A stretch of 64,000 nt of DNA. It comes from Rhodoferax sp. (GTDB lineage: Bacteria > Pseudomonadota > Gammaproteobacteria > Burkholderiales > Burkholderiaceae_C). The notes beneath the pieces are model-generated. The model was given only the letters and a program-made list of their open reading frames with translations, did not search any database and was not told the origin of the DNA. This document shows, one piece after another, positions 28,213 through 37,460 of this stretch; position 1 is the first letter of the stretch; every line of letters starts with the position of its first letter. The translations under genes and the position numbers were made by a program. The stretch spans positions 7,675 to 71,674 of the forward strand of contig JANPCR010000182.1 of assembly GCA_031431035.1 (NCBI GenBank). The letters are read 5' to 3'.

Positions 28213-28340
28213 AAAAAAGAACCTGCAGGTTCTTTTTTCTCAAAAAGGCCCTGAAAATGCCATTTTATGAATGAAATAGGCCTCTAGCTCTCGGAAAATA
28301 TATATAGTTTGCTATTTATATTATAGCAATTAAATTTCTG
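28213..28340 (+). repeat. AT-rich modular repeat, copy C
   Basis: Hairpin AAAAAAGAACCTGCAGGTTCTTTTTT at 28213-28238. Box1 at 28280-28292. Box2/box3 ATAGTTTGCTATTTATATTATAGCAA at 28304-28329. Confidence 0.9.
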
Positions 28341-28412
28341 ATGACCCGCTGCCTCAAGCGGATCTCCAGGCCCCGGGCCACTGCCTCGAGCGCCCGGCTA
28401 TCTAAATCAGCC

Positions 28413-29588
28413 TCAAAGCACCTCAAAAATCCCCGCAGCGCCCATGCCGCCGCCAATGCACATGGTGACGCAGACGCGCTTTGCACCGCGGCGCTTGCCT
28501 TCAATCAGCGCATGGCCCGTCAAACGCTGACCGCTCACGCCGTAAGGGTGACCCACAGCAATCGCGCCGCCGTTCACGTTCAGGCGTTCGCCCGGAATGC
28601 CCAGCTTGTCGCGGCAATAAATAACTTGCACGGCAAAGGCTTCGTTCAGCTCCCACAAGTCGATGTCTTGGACGGTCAGGCCCAGGCGCTTAAGCACCTT
28701 GGGAATGGCGTAAACCGGACCAATGCCCATTTCGTCAGGCTCGCAACCCGCCACGGCAAAGCCCAAAAAGCGGCCCAAAGGCGTCAAACCTTTGCGCTCT
28801 GCCACGGTTTCATTCATGATGACGCAAGCGCCGCCGCCGTCTGAAAACTGGCTGGCATTGCCCGCCGAGATCAAGCCACCTGGCAGCGCGGAGCGCAGGC
28901 CGGCAATGCCCTCTTTGGTGGTGCCGTCGCGAATACCTTCGTCGTGCGACACAGTGACTTGCTTGGTCGTCAAGCCCATCACTTTGTCGGCCACGCCCAT
29001 GGTGACGGTGATTGGCGCAATTTCAGCGTCGTACAAACCTGCCGCCAAGGCCGCCACCGCCTTTTGCTGGCTCGAAGCGCCGTACTCGTCCATTGCCTCG
29101 CGGCCAATGTTGTAGCGCTTGGCCACGTTTTCAGCGGTTTGCAGCATGTTCCAGTAAATTTCTGGCTTGTTTTTAACCAGCCAGGGGTCAGCCATCATGT
29201 GGGTGTTCATTTCCTGCTGCACGCAGGAGATACTCTCAACGCCGCCCGCTACAAAAATGTCGCCCTCGCCTGCAATCACGCGCTGCGCTGCCATGGCGAT
29301 GGTTTGCAGCCCAGAGGAGCAAAAGCGGTTGACCGTCATGCCCGATGTGGTGATGGGCAAGCCCGCACGCAGTGCGACCTGGCGGGCGATGTTGGCACCT
29401 GTGGCACCCTCGGGGGTGGCGCAGCCCATGATGACGTCGTCAACCTCTGCGCCTTCAATGCCAGCACGCTTTACCGCGTGCTCGACCGCATGGCCACCCA
29501 AAGTTGCGCCATGGGTCATGTTAAAGCCGCCCTTCCAGCTTTTGGCAAGGGGGGTGCGTGCGGTGGAGACGATTACGGCGGATGTCAT
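28413..29588 (-). CDS. acetyl-CoA C-acyltransferase (thiolase)
   Basis: NRFCSSGLQ active-site Cys region and a C-terminal CIGGGMG motif. ATG at 29588 preferred. Confidence 0.92.
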   Translation of the reverse strand: MTSAVIVSTARTPLAKSWKGGFNMTHGATLGGHAVEHAVKRAGIEGAEVDDVIMGCATPEGATGANIARQVALRAGLPITTSGMTVNRFCSSGLQTIAMAAQRVIAGEGDIFVAGGVESISCVQQEMNTHMMADPWLVKNKPEIYWNMLQTAENVAKRYNIGREAMDEYGASSQQKAVAALAAGLYDAEIAPITVTMGVADKVMGLTTKQVTVSHDEGIRDGTTKEGIAGLRSALPGGLISAGNASQFSDGGGACVIMNETVAERKGLTPLGRFLGFAVAGCEPDEMGIGPVYAIPKVLKRLGLTVQDIDLWELNEAFAVQVIYCRDKLGIPGERLNVNGGAIAVGHPYGVSGQRLTGHALIEGKRRGAKRVCVTMCIGGGMGAAGIFEVL

Positions 29589-29649
29589 GGTGATTCCTTT
29601 GCTTGAGGGTGAAGGGAGTGAATGGATTAAATAAACAGTGAAGCGCCGG

Positions 29650-31137
29650 TCAAAGTGTTTGAGCACCGACTGTAACTAAGCGATGGTAAAAACGCACCAG
29701 TTCAGCCAGGTTGGCTGTGGAAATGCGCTCATTCGTGCCGTGAAAACGCGGCAGGTCTTCTGCCTTGGCGCGAACCGGTGAAAAACGGTAAATATGGTCG
29801 CTTACCTCGGTGAAGTGGGTCGAATCTGTGCCTGCCACCACCAAACCGGGAACGACCAAGGTGCCCGGAAAAACTTCGCGAATGGTGCGATTGATCAATT
29901 GGTACGCGGCCGCGTCGGTCGGCGACACCTTGGACGCCTCGCGCCCATCAGGCAAAGCAAACAGCTCGAACCGGTCGTTGCCCAGAGTTTCGCTGACTTG
30001 CTGCTTCACCCGCGCCAACACCGCTTCTTGCGTGTCGCCTGGCAACAAACGGTAGTTGACGGTCGCCTCAGCGCGGCCCGGCATCACATTGTCCTTGTTG
30101 CCCGCATTGACGATAGTGAGCGCCGTGGTGGTGCGAATCAGGGCGTTGGTGCTGGCCGCCGCTTCAAGTTGCTTTTGCACCATTGGCGCAAACAACCACA
30201 AGTTGGACAACGCGACGCGCGACATGCCGCTAGTTTCAGGCGCCAGCGTTTCGAACATTTCCCGGGCTACACCGCGCAGGCCTGCGGGCAGTTGGTCATC
30301 GTCTATACGGCGCAAAGCGGCACTCATCATGGCAATGGCCCCCGTGCCTTTGGGTGGCGGCATGGACGAATGGCCCGGCGTGGCCGGAAGGCGCAAAACC
30401 ACCGACAAAAAGCCTTTTTCAGCCAGGCCAATCATGGCCACGGGCGCTTTGACACCTGGCAAAATGCCTTCTGCAATCAGCAAGCCTTCGTCAATCACAA
30501 AATCCAGCCGAACCTTGCGTTCTTTCAATAAGGCAGCAATGCGCACCGCGCCCCGGTGGCCACCGACCTCTTCGTCAGCTCCAAAAGCCAAGTAAACCGT
30601 GCGCTTGGGTTGGTAGCCGCTGGCCACCAGCATTTCAATCGCTTCCATCTGCGCGATCACGTTGACTTTGTCGTCCCAGGCACCGCGCCCCCAAACGTAA
30701 CCGTCTTTGACCGTGCCTGAAAACGGCTCAACGGCCCAGTCTTTTTCAGTGCCCGCCGCAACGGGCACCACGTCTTGGTGCGCCATCAGCAGAATCGGCT
30801 TGGCCTTGTCGTCAGAGCCCTTCCAGGTGTACAAAAGGCTCAGGTCACCTACGACCTCGCGCGTGAGTGCGGTATGCGCCTTGGGGTAGCGGGTTTGCAA
30901 AAGCGCGTGAAACTGTGTGAACTGGTCGGCGTTGAGCGCCGGCTGTTTGTAGTCCGACACAGTGCGCAGGCGAACAGCCTCACCCAAGTGCGCCGCAGCG
31001 CCCGCCTCGTCTACCGCCAATTTGGCGATGGGCGCTGCGTCAATTTGGCGGGAACCCGACCTGAAAGTGTTGAACACCACAACGGCCACCACGATCAGCA
31101 GCAAGAAAAGCAATCCCAGAGCAATTTTTTTTAACAT
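29650..31137 (-). CDS. M20/M25/M40 family metallopeptidase, membrane-anchored
   Basis: N-terminal TM helix, with MAHQDVVP and GRGAWDDK metal-binding motifs. Confidence 0.85.
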   Translation of the reverse strand: MLKKIALGLLFLLLIVVAVVVFNTFRSGSRQIDAAPIAKLAVDEAGAAAHLGEAVRLRTVSDYKQPALNADQFTQFHALLQTRYPKAHTALTREVVGDLSLLYTWKGSDDKAKPILLMAHQDVVPVAAGTEKDWAVEPFSGTVKDGYVWGRGAWDDKVNVIAQMEAIEMLVASGYQPKRTVYLAFGADEEVGGHRGAVRIAALLKERKVRLDFVIDEGLLIAEGILPGVKAPVAMIGLAEKGFLSVVLRLPATPGHSSMPPPKGTGAIAMMSAALRRIDDDQLPAGLRGVAREMFETLAPETSGMSRVALSNLWLFAPMVQKQLEAAASTNALIRTTTALTIVNAGNKDNVMPGRAEATVNYRLLPGDTQEAVLARVKQQVSETLGNDRFELFALPDGREASKVSPTDAAAYQLINRTIREVFPGTLVVPGLVVAGTDSTHFTEVSDHIYRFSPVRAKAEDLPRFHGTNERISTANLAELVRFYHRLVTVGAQTL

Positions 31138-31248
31138 AAGCGTCCCTGTTATTGTTTTTCGCTTCGAGTGAGGCTGTGGCTGGGGCTGCGGATTGTTTTG
31201 AATCTCAGGGGTTGGCGGGTCGCGTGCGCAGAACCCGCCAATTCACGG

Positions 31249-33348
31249 TCAATTGAACGAGTTGCCCTCAGCCGCCAATTTGGCCAACAGCGGCGCTGGC
31301 TCCCAAAACTTGGCGTCGTCCAGCGGGTTTTGCGCGAACTTCTTCATGCTTTGAACCACGTTGAACAGGCCCACCTGGTCGGCATAGTTCATGGGGCCGC
31401 CACGGTAAATGGGGAAGCCGTAGCCCATCAGGTAAACCATGTCGATGTCGCTGGCTTTGGACGCAATGCCCTCTTCCAAAATGCGGGCAGCTTCATTGAC
31501 CAGGGAGTAAACCAGGCGTTGCACAATTTCTTCGTCAGACACTTTGCGCGGCGTGATGCCTTTGGATTTGCGATGTTCTTCAATCATCGCCACCACTTCG
31601 GCATTTGGAATGGCATCGCGCTTACCCGCCACATAGTCGTACCAGCCCATGCCTACTTTTTGCCCAAAACGCCCCATTTCGCACAGCTTGTCAGCCGTTT
31701 TGCTGTAAATCATGTCAGGCTTTTCAAGCACGCGGCGCTTGCGAATGGCCCAGCCAATGTCGTTGCCCGCCAAGTCGCCCATGCGAAACGGGCCCATGGC
31801 AAAACCGAATTTCTCAATCGCCTTGTCCACCTGCGCCGGGGTGCAGCCTTCGTCCAGCAAAAAGCCGCCCTGGCGGCCATATTGCTCAACCATTCGGTTG
31901 CCAATGAAGCCATCGCACACGCCAGACACGACCGCTGTTTTCTTGATTTTTTTGGCCAGCGCCATGACCGTGGCCAGCACGTCTTTGCCAGTTTTGGCAC
32001 CGCGCACCACTTCGAGCAGCTTCATGACATTCGCAGGGCTGAAAAAGTGCAGGCCAACAACGTCTTGCGGGCGTTGGGTGAACGAGGCAATCGTGTTCAC
32101 GTCCAACGTCGAGGTGTTGGACGCCAAAATTGAACCTGGTTTCATCACCCGATCAAGTTCTTTGAACACCTTCTCTTTGACGCCCATTTCTTCAAACACC
32201 GCCTCAATCACCAAGTCGGCGTCTTTCAGGTCGTCGTAGCTCAAGGTGGTGGAGAGCAAACTCATGCGCTGGTCGTACTTGTCCTGCTTAAGTTTGCCTT
32301 TTTTGACCTGAGACTCGTAATTTTTGCGAATGATGGCAAGGCCCTTGTCCAGCGCCTCTTGCTTCATTTCCAAAATTTTGACGGGGATGCCCGCATTCAA
32401 AAAATTCATGGAGATGCCACCGCCCATGGTGCCTGCACCAATGACGGCGACCGAGTTCACCGCGCGTTGGGGCGTGTCGGCTGGCACATCAGGAATCTTG
32501 GAAGCCGCACGGTCGGCAATGAAAATATGGCGCAGCGCTTTGGACTCAGAGGTTTGCATGAGCGCAATGAAAATGTCCCGTTCGGTGGCCATTCCCACGT
32601 CAAATTTTTGCTTTGTCGCCGCTTCAACGGCGTCCACACACTTGACCGGCGCCGGGTAGTCTTTGGACATGCCTTTGACCATGTTGCGGGCAAACTGAAA
32701 GTAAGCGTCCCCTAGCGGGTGCTTGCAAGGCAAATTGCGAACCAAGGGTAAGGGCCGCGCGTCTGCCACCGAACTTGCAAAAGCCAAAGCTTCTGCAGCC
32801 AATGACTCAGGCGACGCTGCCATTTTGTCAAACAGCTTTTGACCTGGCAGCATGGCCAGCATTTCGCTTTTAACCGGGTCACCGCTGACCATCATGTTCA
32901 TCGCCACTTCAGACCCCAACACGCGTGGCAGGCGCTGCGTACCGCCCGCACCGGGAATGAGGCCCAGCTTGACTTCAGGCAAGGCCACGCTGCAGCCGGG
33001 GGCGGCGATGCGGTAATGGCAACCCAGGGCGAGTTCTAGCCCACCACCCATGGCGACGGTGTGCACCGCAGCGACCACGGGTTTGCCCGAATTTTCGACC
33101 GCCAAAATGACGCTGAGCAAATTAGGTTCTTGCAAGGCTTTGGATGAACCAAATTCTTTGATGTCCGCCCCGCCTGAAAACGCCTTGCCAGCGCCCGTCA
33201 AAACAATCGCCTTGACGGCGGCGTCGGCATTAGCTTTGGCCAAACCATCGGTGATGCCCACCCGGGTGGCGTAACCCAAGCCGTTGACCGGCGGATTGTT
33301 CAGGGTGATCACGGCAATGTCGCCATGCACTTTGTAGTCAGCGGTCAT
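31249..33348 (-). CDS. bifunctional enoyl-CoA hydratase / 3-hydroxyacyl-CoA dehydrogenase (FadB/FadJ-like)
   Basis: N-terminal crotonase fold (GAGKAFSGGADI) and central NAD-binding VAVIGAGTMGGGI; 699 aa. Confidence 0.92.
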   Translation of the reverse strand: MTADYKVHGDIAVITLNNPPVNGLGYATRVGITDGLAKANADAAVKAIVLTGAGKAFSGGADIKEFGSSKALQEPNLLSVILAVENSGKPVVAAVHTVAMGGGLELALGCHYRIAAPGCSVALPEVKLGLIPGAGGTQRLPRVLGSEVAMNMMVSGDPVKSEMLAMLPGQKLFDKMAASPESLAAEALAFASSVADARPLPLVRNLPCKHPLGDAYFQFARNMVKGMSKDYPAPVKCVDAVEAATKQKFDVGMATERDIFIALMQTSESKALRHIFIADRAASKIPDVPADTPQRAVNSVAVIGAGTMGGGISMNFLNAGIPVKILEMKQEALDKGLAIIRKNYESQVKKGKLKQDKYDQRMSLLSTTLSYDDLKDADLVIEAVFEEMGVKEKVFKELDRVMKPGSILASNTSTLDVNTIASFTQRPQDVVGLHFFSPANVMKLLEVVRGAKTGKDVLATVMALAKKIKKTAVVSGVCDGFIGNRMVEQYGRQGGFLLDEGCTPAQVDKAIEKFGFAMGPFRMGDLAGNDIGWAIRKRRVLEKPDMIYSKTADKLCEMGRFGQKVGMGWYDYVAGKRDAIPNAEVVAMIEEHRKSKGITPRKVSDEEIVQRLVYSLVNEAARILEEGIASKASDIDMVYLMGYGFPIYRGGPMNYADQVGLFNVVQSMKKFAQNPLDDAKFWEPAPLLAKLAAEGNSFN

Positions 33349-33475
33349 GTGGGTAGTCCTTCAGAAGTTGAAAATAGAACGATCGTGCGTTTTTCGGATT
33401 GTAAAAGCTTACTGGCGGAGGAAGGTCTGAAAACGCGGCAGAAAAGCCCTAGTTTGTCGCAGCAGGGACAGCGCG

Positions 33476-34171
33476 TCAAACTTCCAGCCATTCCTTGCGG
33501 ATATCGGCGTCATTGCGCAGCGATTCAGGCGTTCCGTCAAACACTATGCTGCCGTGCCCCATCACCAGCGCGCGGTCTGAAATCGCCATGGCAATCGTCA
33601 GTTTTTGCTCGATCAGCAAAACCGAAATGCCACGTTTTTTAAGTTCCTTGAGGTAAAGCGCCACCAACTCCACAATTTTGGGCGCCAAACCTTCGGTCGG
33701 TTCATCAATGATGATGAGATCCGGGTCGCCCATGAGCGTGCGGCAGAGCGTGAGCATTTGCTGCTCGCCACCCGACATCACGCCCGCTTCGGTGTGCTGT
33801 CGTTCTTTCAGGCGCGGAAACAGCTCGTACATGTCGTTCAAAGACCAGCGCCCGGTTTTACGCGCGTTTTTCTGACCCAAGTACAAGTTTTGCTCGACCG
33901 TCAGCGTCGGGAAAATATCGCGGCTTTCGGGCACATAGCCGATGCCCAAATGCGCCACTTCAAACGTACGCTTGCCCAAAATCTGCTGCCCTTTCCAAAG
34001 CAGCGAACCTTGCGCATCAACCAGGCCCATGATGGCTTTGGCGGTGGTTGAGCGGCCCGAGCCGTTGCGCCCCAGCAGAGCCACAATTTCTCCCTGGTTG
34101 ACTTCAAATTGAACGCCATGCAGGACGTGACTTTTGCCGTAAAAGGCGTGGAGATTGTCGATTTTTAGCAT
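33476..34171 (-). CDS. livF: ABC transporter ATP-binding protein (LivF-type)
   Basis: Walker A GRNGSGRST, signature SGGEQQML, Walker B IIIDEP. ATG at 34171 preferred. Confidence 0.85.
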   Translation of the reverse strand: MLKIDNLHAFYGKSHVLHGVQFEVNQGEIVALLGRNGSGRSTTAKAIMGLVDAQGSLLWKGQQILGKRTFEVAHLGIGYVPESRDIFPTLTVEQNLYLGQKNARKTGRWSLNDMYELFPRLKERQHTEAGVMSGGEQQMLTLCRTLMGDPDLIIIDEPTEGLAPKIVELVALYLKELKKRGISVLLIEQKLTIAMAISDRALVMGHGSIVFDGTPESLRNDADIRKEWLEV

Positions 34172-34259
34172 AGTCGGACTCCGCAGGGCCGCCCCAAGGG
34201 GGACAGGGCCCCCGTGGGGGGCAGAGAGGACACAAAGTGCCGAACGTGGGAGTGGTTCA

Positions 34260-35030
34260 TCAATGTCCCCCTGCTTGCGCGTCTGCAACCGAGGAACCCA
34301 GGTAAGCTTCTTGCACCCGCTGATTGGCCCGGACCGCGTCAGGCACGTCGTAGGCCAAAACCTCGCCGTAAACCACCACTGCAATTTTGTCGGCCAAGCC
34401 AAACACCACGCCCATGTCGTGCTCCACGGTGAGCAAGGTTTTGCCGACCGTCACGTCCTTGATGAGCTGAATGAAGCGACCGGTTTCTGACTTGCTCATG
34501 CCAGCCGTGGGTTCGTCCAGCAAAATCACATTGGCGCCACCAGCAATGGTGATGCCGATCTCCAAGGCGCGCTGTTCGGCGTAGGTTAAATTCATGGCCA
34601 GCACATCGCACTTTTTATCGAGGGCCACCATGGCCATCAGTTCTTCGGCACGCTGGTTGGCGTCGTCCAAGTCGGCCAGAAATTTGAAAAATGTGTACTT
34701 GTAGCCCAGGCTCCACAGCACGCCACAACGCAGATTTTCAAAAACGCTGAGTTTGGGGAAGATGTTGGTGATCTGGAAACTGCGACTCAAGCCCAGGCGG
34801 TTGATTTCAAACGGCCGTTTGCCGTTCAAACGCTGGCCATTCAGCAGCACGTCACCGCTGGTGGGCTCGAACCTGCCACTGATCAAATTGAACAAAGTCG
34901 ATTTGCCAGCCCCGTTGGGCCCAATGATGCCGACACGTTCCCCAGCGGGAATCGCCAGATTGATGCCCCGGATAATTTCTGTCTTGCCAAAGCTTTTGCG
35001 CAAGTCTTTCAGTTCTAACGCAAATGTCAC
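34260..35030 (-). CDS. livG: ABC transporter ATP-binding protein (LivG-type)
   Basis: Walker A GPNGAGKST and Walker B ILLDEPTAGM. GTG start overlaps the livM stop (GTGA). Confidence 0.85.
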   Translation of the reverse strand: MTFALELKDLRKSFGKTEIIRGINLAIPAGERVGIIGPNGAGKSTLFNLISGRFEPTSGDVLLNGQRLNGKRPFEINRLGLSRSFQITNIFPKLSVFENLRCGVLWSLGYKYTFFKFLADLDDANQRAEELMAMVALDKKCDVLAMNLTYAEQRALEIGITIAGGANVILLDEPTAGMSKSETGRFIQLIKDVTVGKTLLTVEHDMGVVFGLADKIAVVVYGEVLAYDVPDAVRANQRVQEAYLGSSVADAQAGGH

Positions 35031-36316
35031 AGCGCTTCCCTCTGTTTGATTTCTTTTTCGATGCTTTCCTGAATTTGGCCCCACTTGGCGGCGAACTTGC
35101 GGCGGCAAATTTCAAACAGCCCTAAGCCAACCAGCATCAGCAAGGCTGAACCCAGCCAACTGCCCACGCCTTTTGCATTCAGCGGGGCACCCATGAATTG
35201 AAGTTCTGGCCCCAAAGCGGCATTCAATTGCAGGTGGTAGGTCATCTCAATCATGGCGGCAGCACCGGCCAGCACCACAAAGGCAGTGACGGTGAGCGCC
35301 AGGTAATTGCCCCAAAGCTTCCGCAAATGACCAAACATGGCCACCCGAAGGTTCATCATGATCAGTGAGGCCACACCGCCAGGAGCAAACATCACCATGA
35401 AAAGAAAAATCAAACCCAGGTACAACAGCCAGGCCTTGGTGAACTCTGACAACAACACAAAGGCCAGCACCATCAACACAGCACCAATGATGGGGCCGAA
35501 GAAGAACGTTGCACCGCCCAAAAAGGTGAACAACAAGTAGGCCCCAGAGCGGTAGCCACTGACCACCTCGGAGGTGACGATTTCAAAGTTCAAAGCTGCC
35601 AAGCCGCCCGAAATGCCTGCGAAAAAGGCAGCGACGATGAACGCGATGTAGCGCACCTTTTGCGTGTCGTAGCCGACAAATTCAACCCGCTCCGGGTTGT
35701 CGCGCACGGCGTTGAGCATGCGCCCCAAAGGTGTGCGGGTGAAGGCGAACATCAAGCCAGTGCACACGAAGGTGTAGAGCGCAATTAGGTAGTACAGCTC
35801 AATTTGGGGGCCGTAGGTGATGCCAAAAGCCTTGGCACCCGCCACACGGTTGCCTGAAACGCCCCCTTCACCGCCAAAAAACTCGGGGAACATCAAGGAC
35901 ATGGCCCACACCAGTTCGCCTATGCCCATGGTGATCATGGCAAACGGGGTTGCAGCTTTTTTGGTGGTGACCCAACCCAATACGATGGCAACCAGCATGC
36001 TAGCCAACCCGCCCACGATGGGAATCAGGCTCACAGGCAAAGGGAAGCCGCCCGTCACCTGATTCAGCGTATGAATCGCCAAAAAGGAGCCCATGCCCGA
36101 ATAGACCGCATGGCCAAAACTCAACATGCCGCCTTGGCCGAGCAAAATGTTGTAGCTCAGGCAGACAATGATGGCAATGCCCATTTGGCTGAGCATGGTG
36201 TGGCTCAGGCTGCTGGTGAACACCATGGGCACCACCAGCAGCAGCAAGGCAAAGCCTGCCCAAATGAAGAAGCGGCTGGAGTTGAAGGCTTTGGCCTGCA
36301 CAATTTGAGAAGTCAT
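35027..36316 (-). CDS. livM: branched-chain-amino-acid-type ABC transporter permease (LivM-type)
   Basis: 429-aa polytopic membrane protein of the LivM family, sited between the LivH and LivG homologues. Confidence 0.85.
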   Translation of the reverse strand: MTSQIVQAKAFNSSRFFIWAGFALLLLVVPMVFTSSLSHTMLSQMGIAIIVCLSYNILLGQGGMLSFGHAVYSGMGSFLAIHTLNQVTGGFPLPVSLIPIVGGLASMLVAIVLGWVTTKKAATPFAMITMGIGELVWAMSLMFPEFFGGEGGVSGNRVAGAKAFGITYGPQIELYYLIALYTFVCTGLMFAFTRTPLGRMLNAVRDNPERVEFVGYDTQKVRYIAFIVAAFFAGISGGLAALNFEIVTSEVVSGYRSGAYLLFTFLGGATFFFGPIIGAVLMVLAFVLLSEFTKAWLLYLGLIFLFMVMFAPGGVASLIMMNLRVAMFGHLRKLWGNYLALTVTAFVVLAGAAAMIEMTYHLQLNAALGPELQFMGAPLNAKGVGSWLGSALLMLVGLGLFEICRRKFAAKWGQIQESIEKEIKQREAL

Positions 36317-36319
36317 GCC

Positions 36320-37267
36320 TCAGCCCTCCCGCTTTCCGAGCAAGCCTTTGGGTCTGAAAATTAAAATCAGAACCAACAGCAGATAGGGCAAGATGGGTGC
36401 GACTTGGCTGATTTTGAGTTTCCACAATGCGTAGCCAAATGTCGATGGAGACAGCATGATTCCCACGGTTTGCAGCGCGGACTGGACGGAAGCGTCAATC
36501 GCAACCGCAAAGGTCTGCAAAATGCCGATCAGCAGCGATGCCAAAAATGCCCCCGCCAGCGAGCCCATACCACCCACTACAACCACCACAAAAATAACGC
36601 CACCGACCGAGAATGCCATACTGGGTTCGGTCACGTAGGCATTGCCACCAATCACCCCGGCCAAACCCGCCAGAGCGCAGCCGCCGCCAAACACCATCAT
36701 GAACACACGCGGCACGTTGTGGCCTAGCGCTTCAACCGTTTCAGGGTGCGTCAGGGCGGCCTGAATGACCAGCCCAATGCGGGTGCGGGTGAGCAAAAGC
36801 CAAATCGCCAACAGCATCAGCAGTGCGACCAACATCATGAAGGCGCGGTAGATGGGAAACTGGGTGCCGAACAAAGTGAATAAGGGGCCGTCCAGCGCCA
36901 CAGGAACACGGTAATCGACCGAACTGCGGCCCCAAACCAGTTGTACCAATTCCAAAATGATGTAGCTCAAGCCAAAGGTAATCAGCAATTCGGGTACATG
37001 GCCAAACTTGTGCACGCGGCGCAGGCAATAGCGTTCAAACAAGGCCCCCAAAACGCCCACCAAAAGCGGCGCTATCAAAAGGGCCGGCCAAAAGCCGACC
37101 ACTGACGTGATGGTGTACGCAAAATAGGCTCCCACCATGTAAAAGGAGGCGTGCGCGAAATTCAGTACGCCCATCATGCTGAAAATCAGCGTGAGCCCCG
37201 AGCTAAGCATGAACAGCAACAGCCCATAGCTGATGCCGTTCAAAAGTGAGATGGTGTAGAACTCCAT
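36320..37267 (-). CDS. livH: branched-chain-amino-acid-type ABC transporter permease (LivH-type)
   Basis: MEFYTISLLNGISYGLLLFML N-terminus is typical of LivH. ATG at 37267 preferred. Confidence 0.85.
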   Translation of the reverse strand: MEFYTISLLNGISYGLLLFMLSSGLTLIFSMMGVLNFAHASFYMVGAYFAYTITSVVGFWPALLIAPLLVGVLGALFERYCLRRVHKFGHVPELLITFGLSYIILELVQLVWGRSSVDYRVPVALDGPLFTLFGTQFPIYRAFMMLVALLMLLAIWLLLTRTRIGLVIQAALTHPETVEALGHNVPRVFMMVFGGGCALAGLAGVIGGNAYVTEPSMAFSVGGVIFVVVVVGGMGSLAGAFLASLLIGILQTFAVAIDASVQSALQTVGIMLSPSTFGYALWKLKISQVAPILPYLLLVLILIFRPKGLLGKREG

Positions 37268-37460
37268 GGCGTCCCCGTGGCTTGGTGATTCAATGTTGAA
37301 TTGGCCATGCTGGAATTGACCATGCCTAGGCGACAACCGCAAAAACCGCAGACAGGGGAACAAACTTTTGGTTTGAACCCCGTCTGGTGTTGGCTTGACT
37401 CAGTCCGTGAGCGCGAATATAACGCGATTAGAACGTGAATACTGCGTGATTAGGGAGTGA

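Noticed and set aside
28304-28335. Box2-7 nt-box3 (ATAGTTTGCTAT TTATATT ATAGCAATTAAAT) as a dif/Xer-type recombination site
   Set aside because: The layout is superficially similar: inverted arms around an AT-rich centre. However, the arms do not match the conserved XerC/XerD half-sites as I remember them (GCATAA / TTATGTTAAAT). A chromosome should also carry a single dif site, not six in 41 kb. I keep it only as a generic protein-binding possibility.
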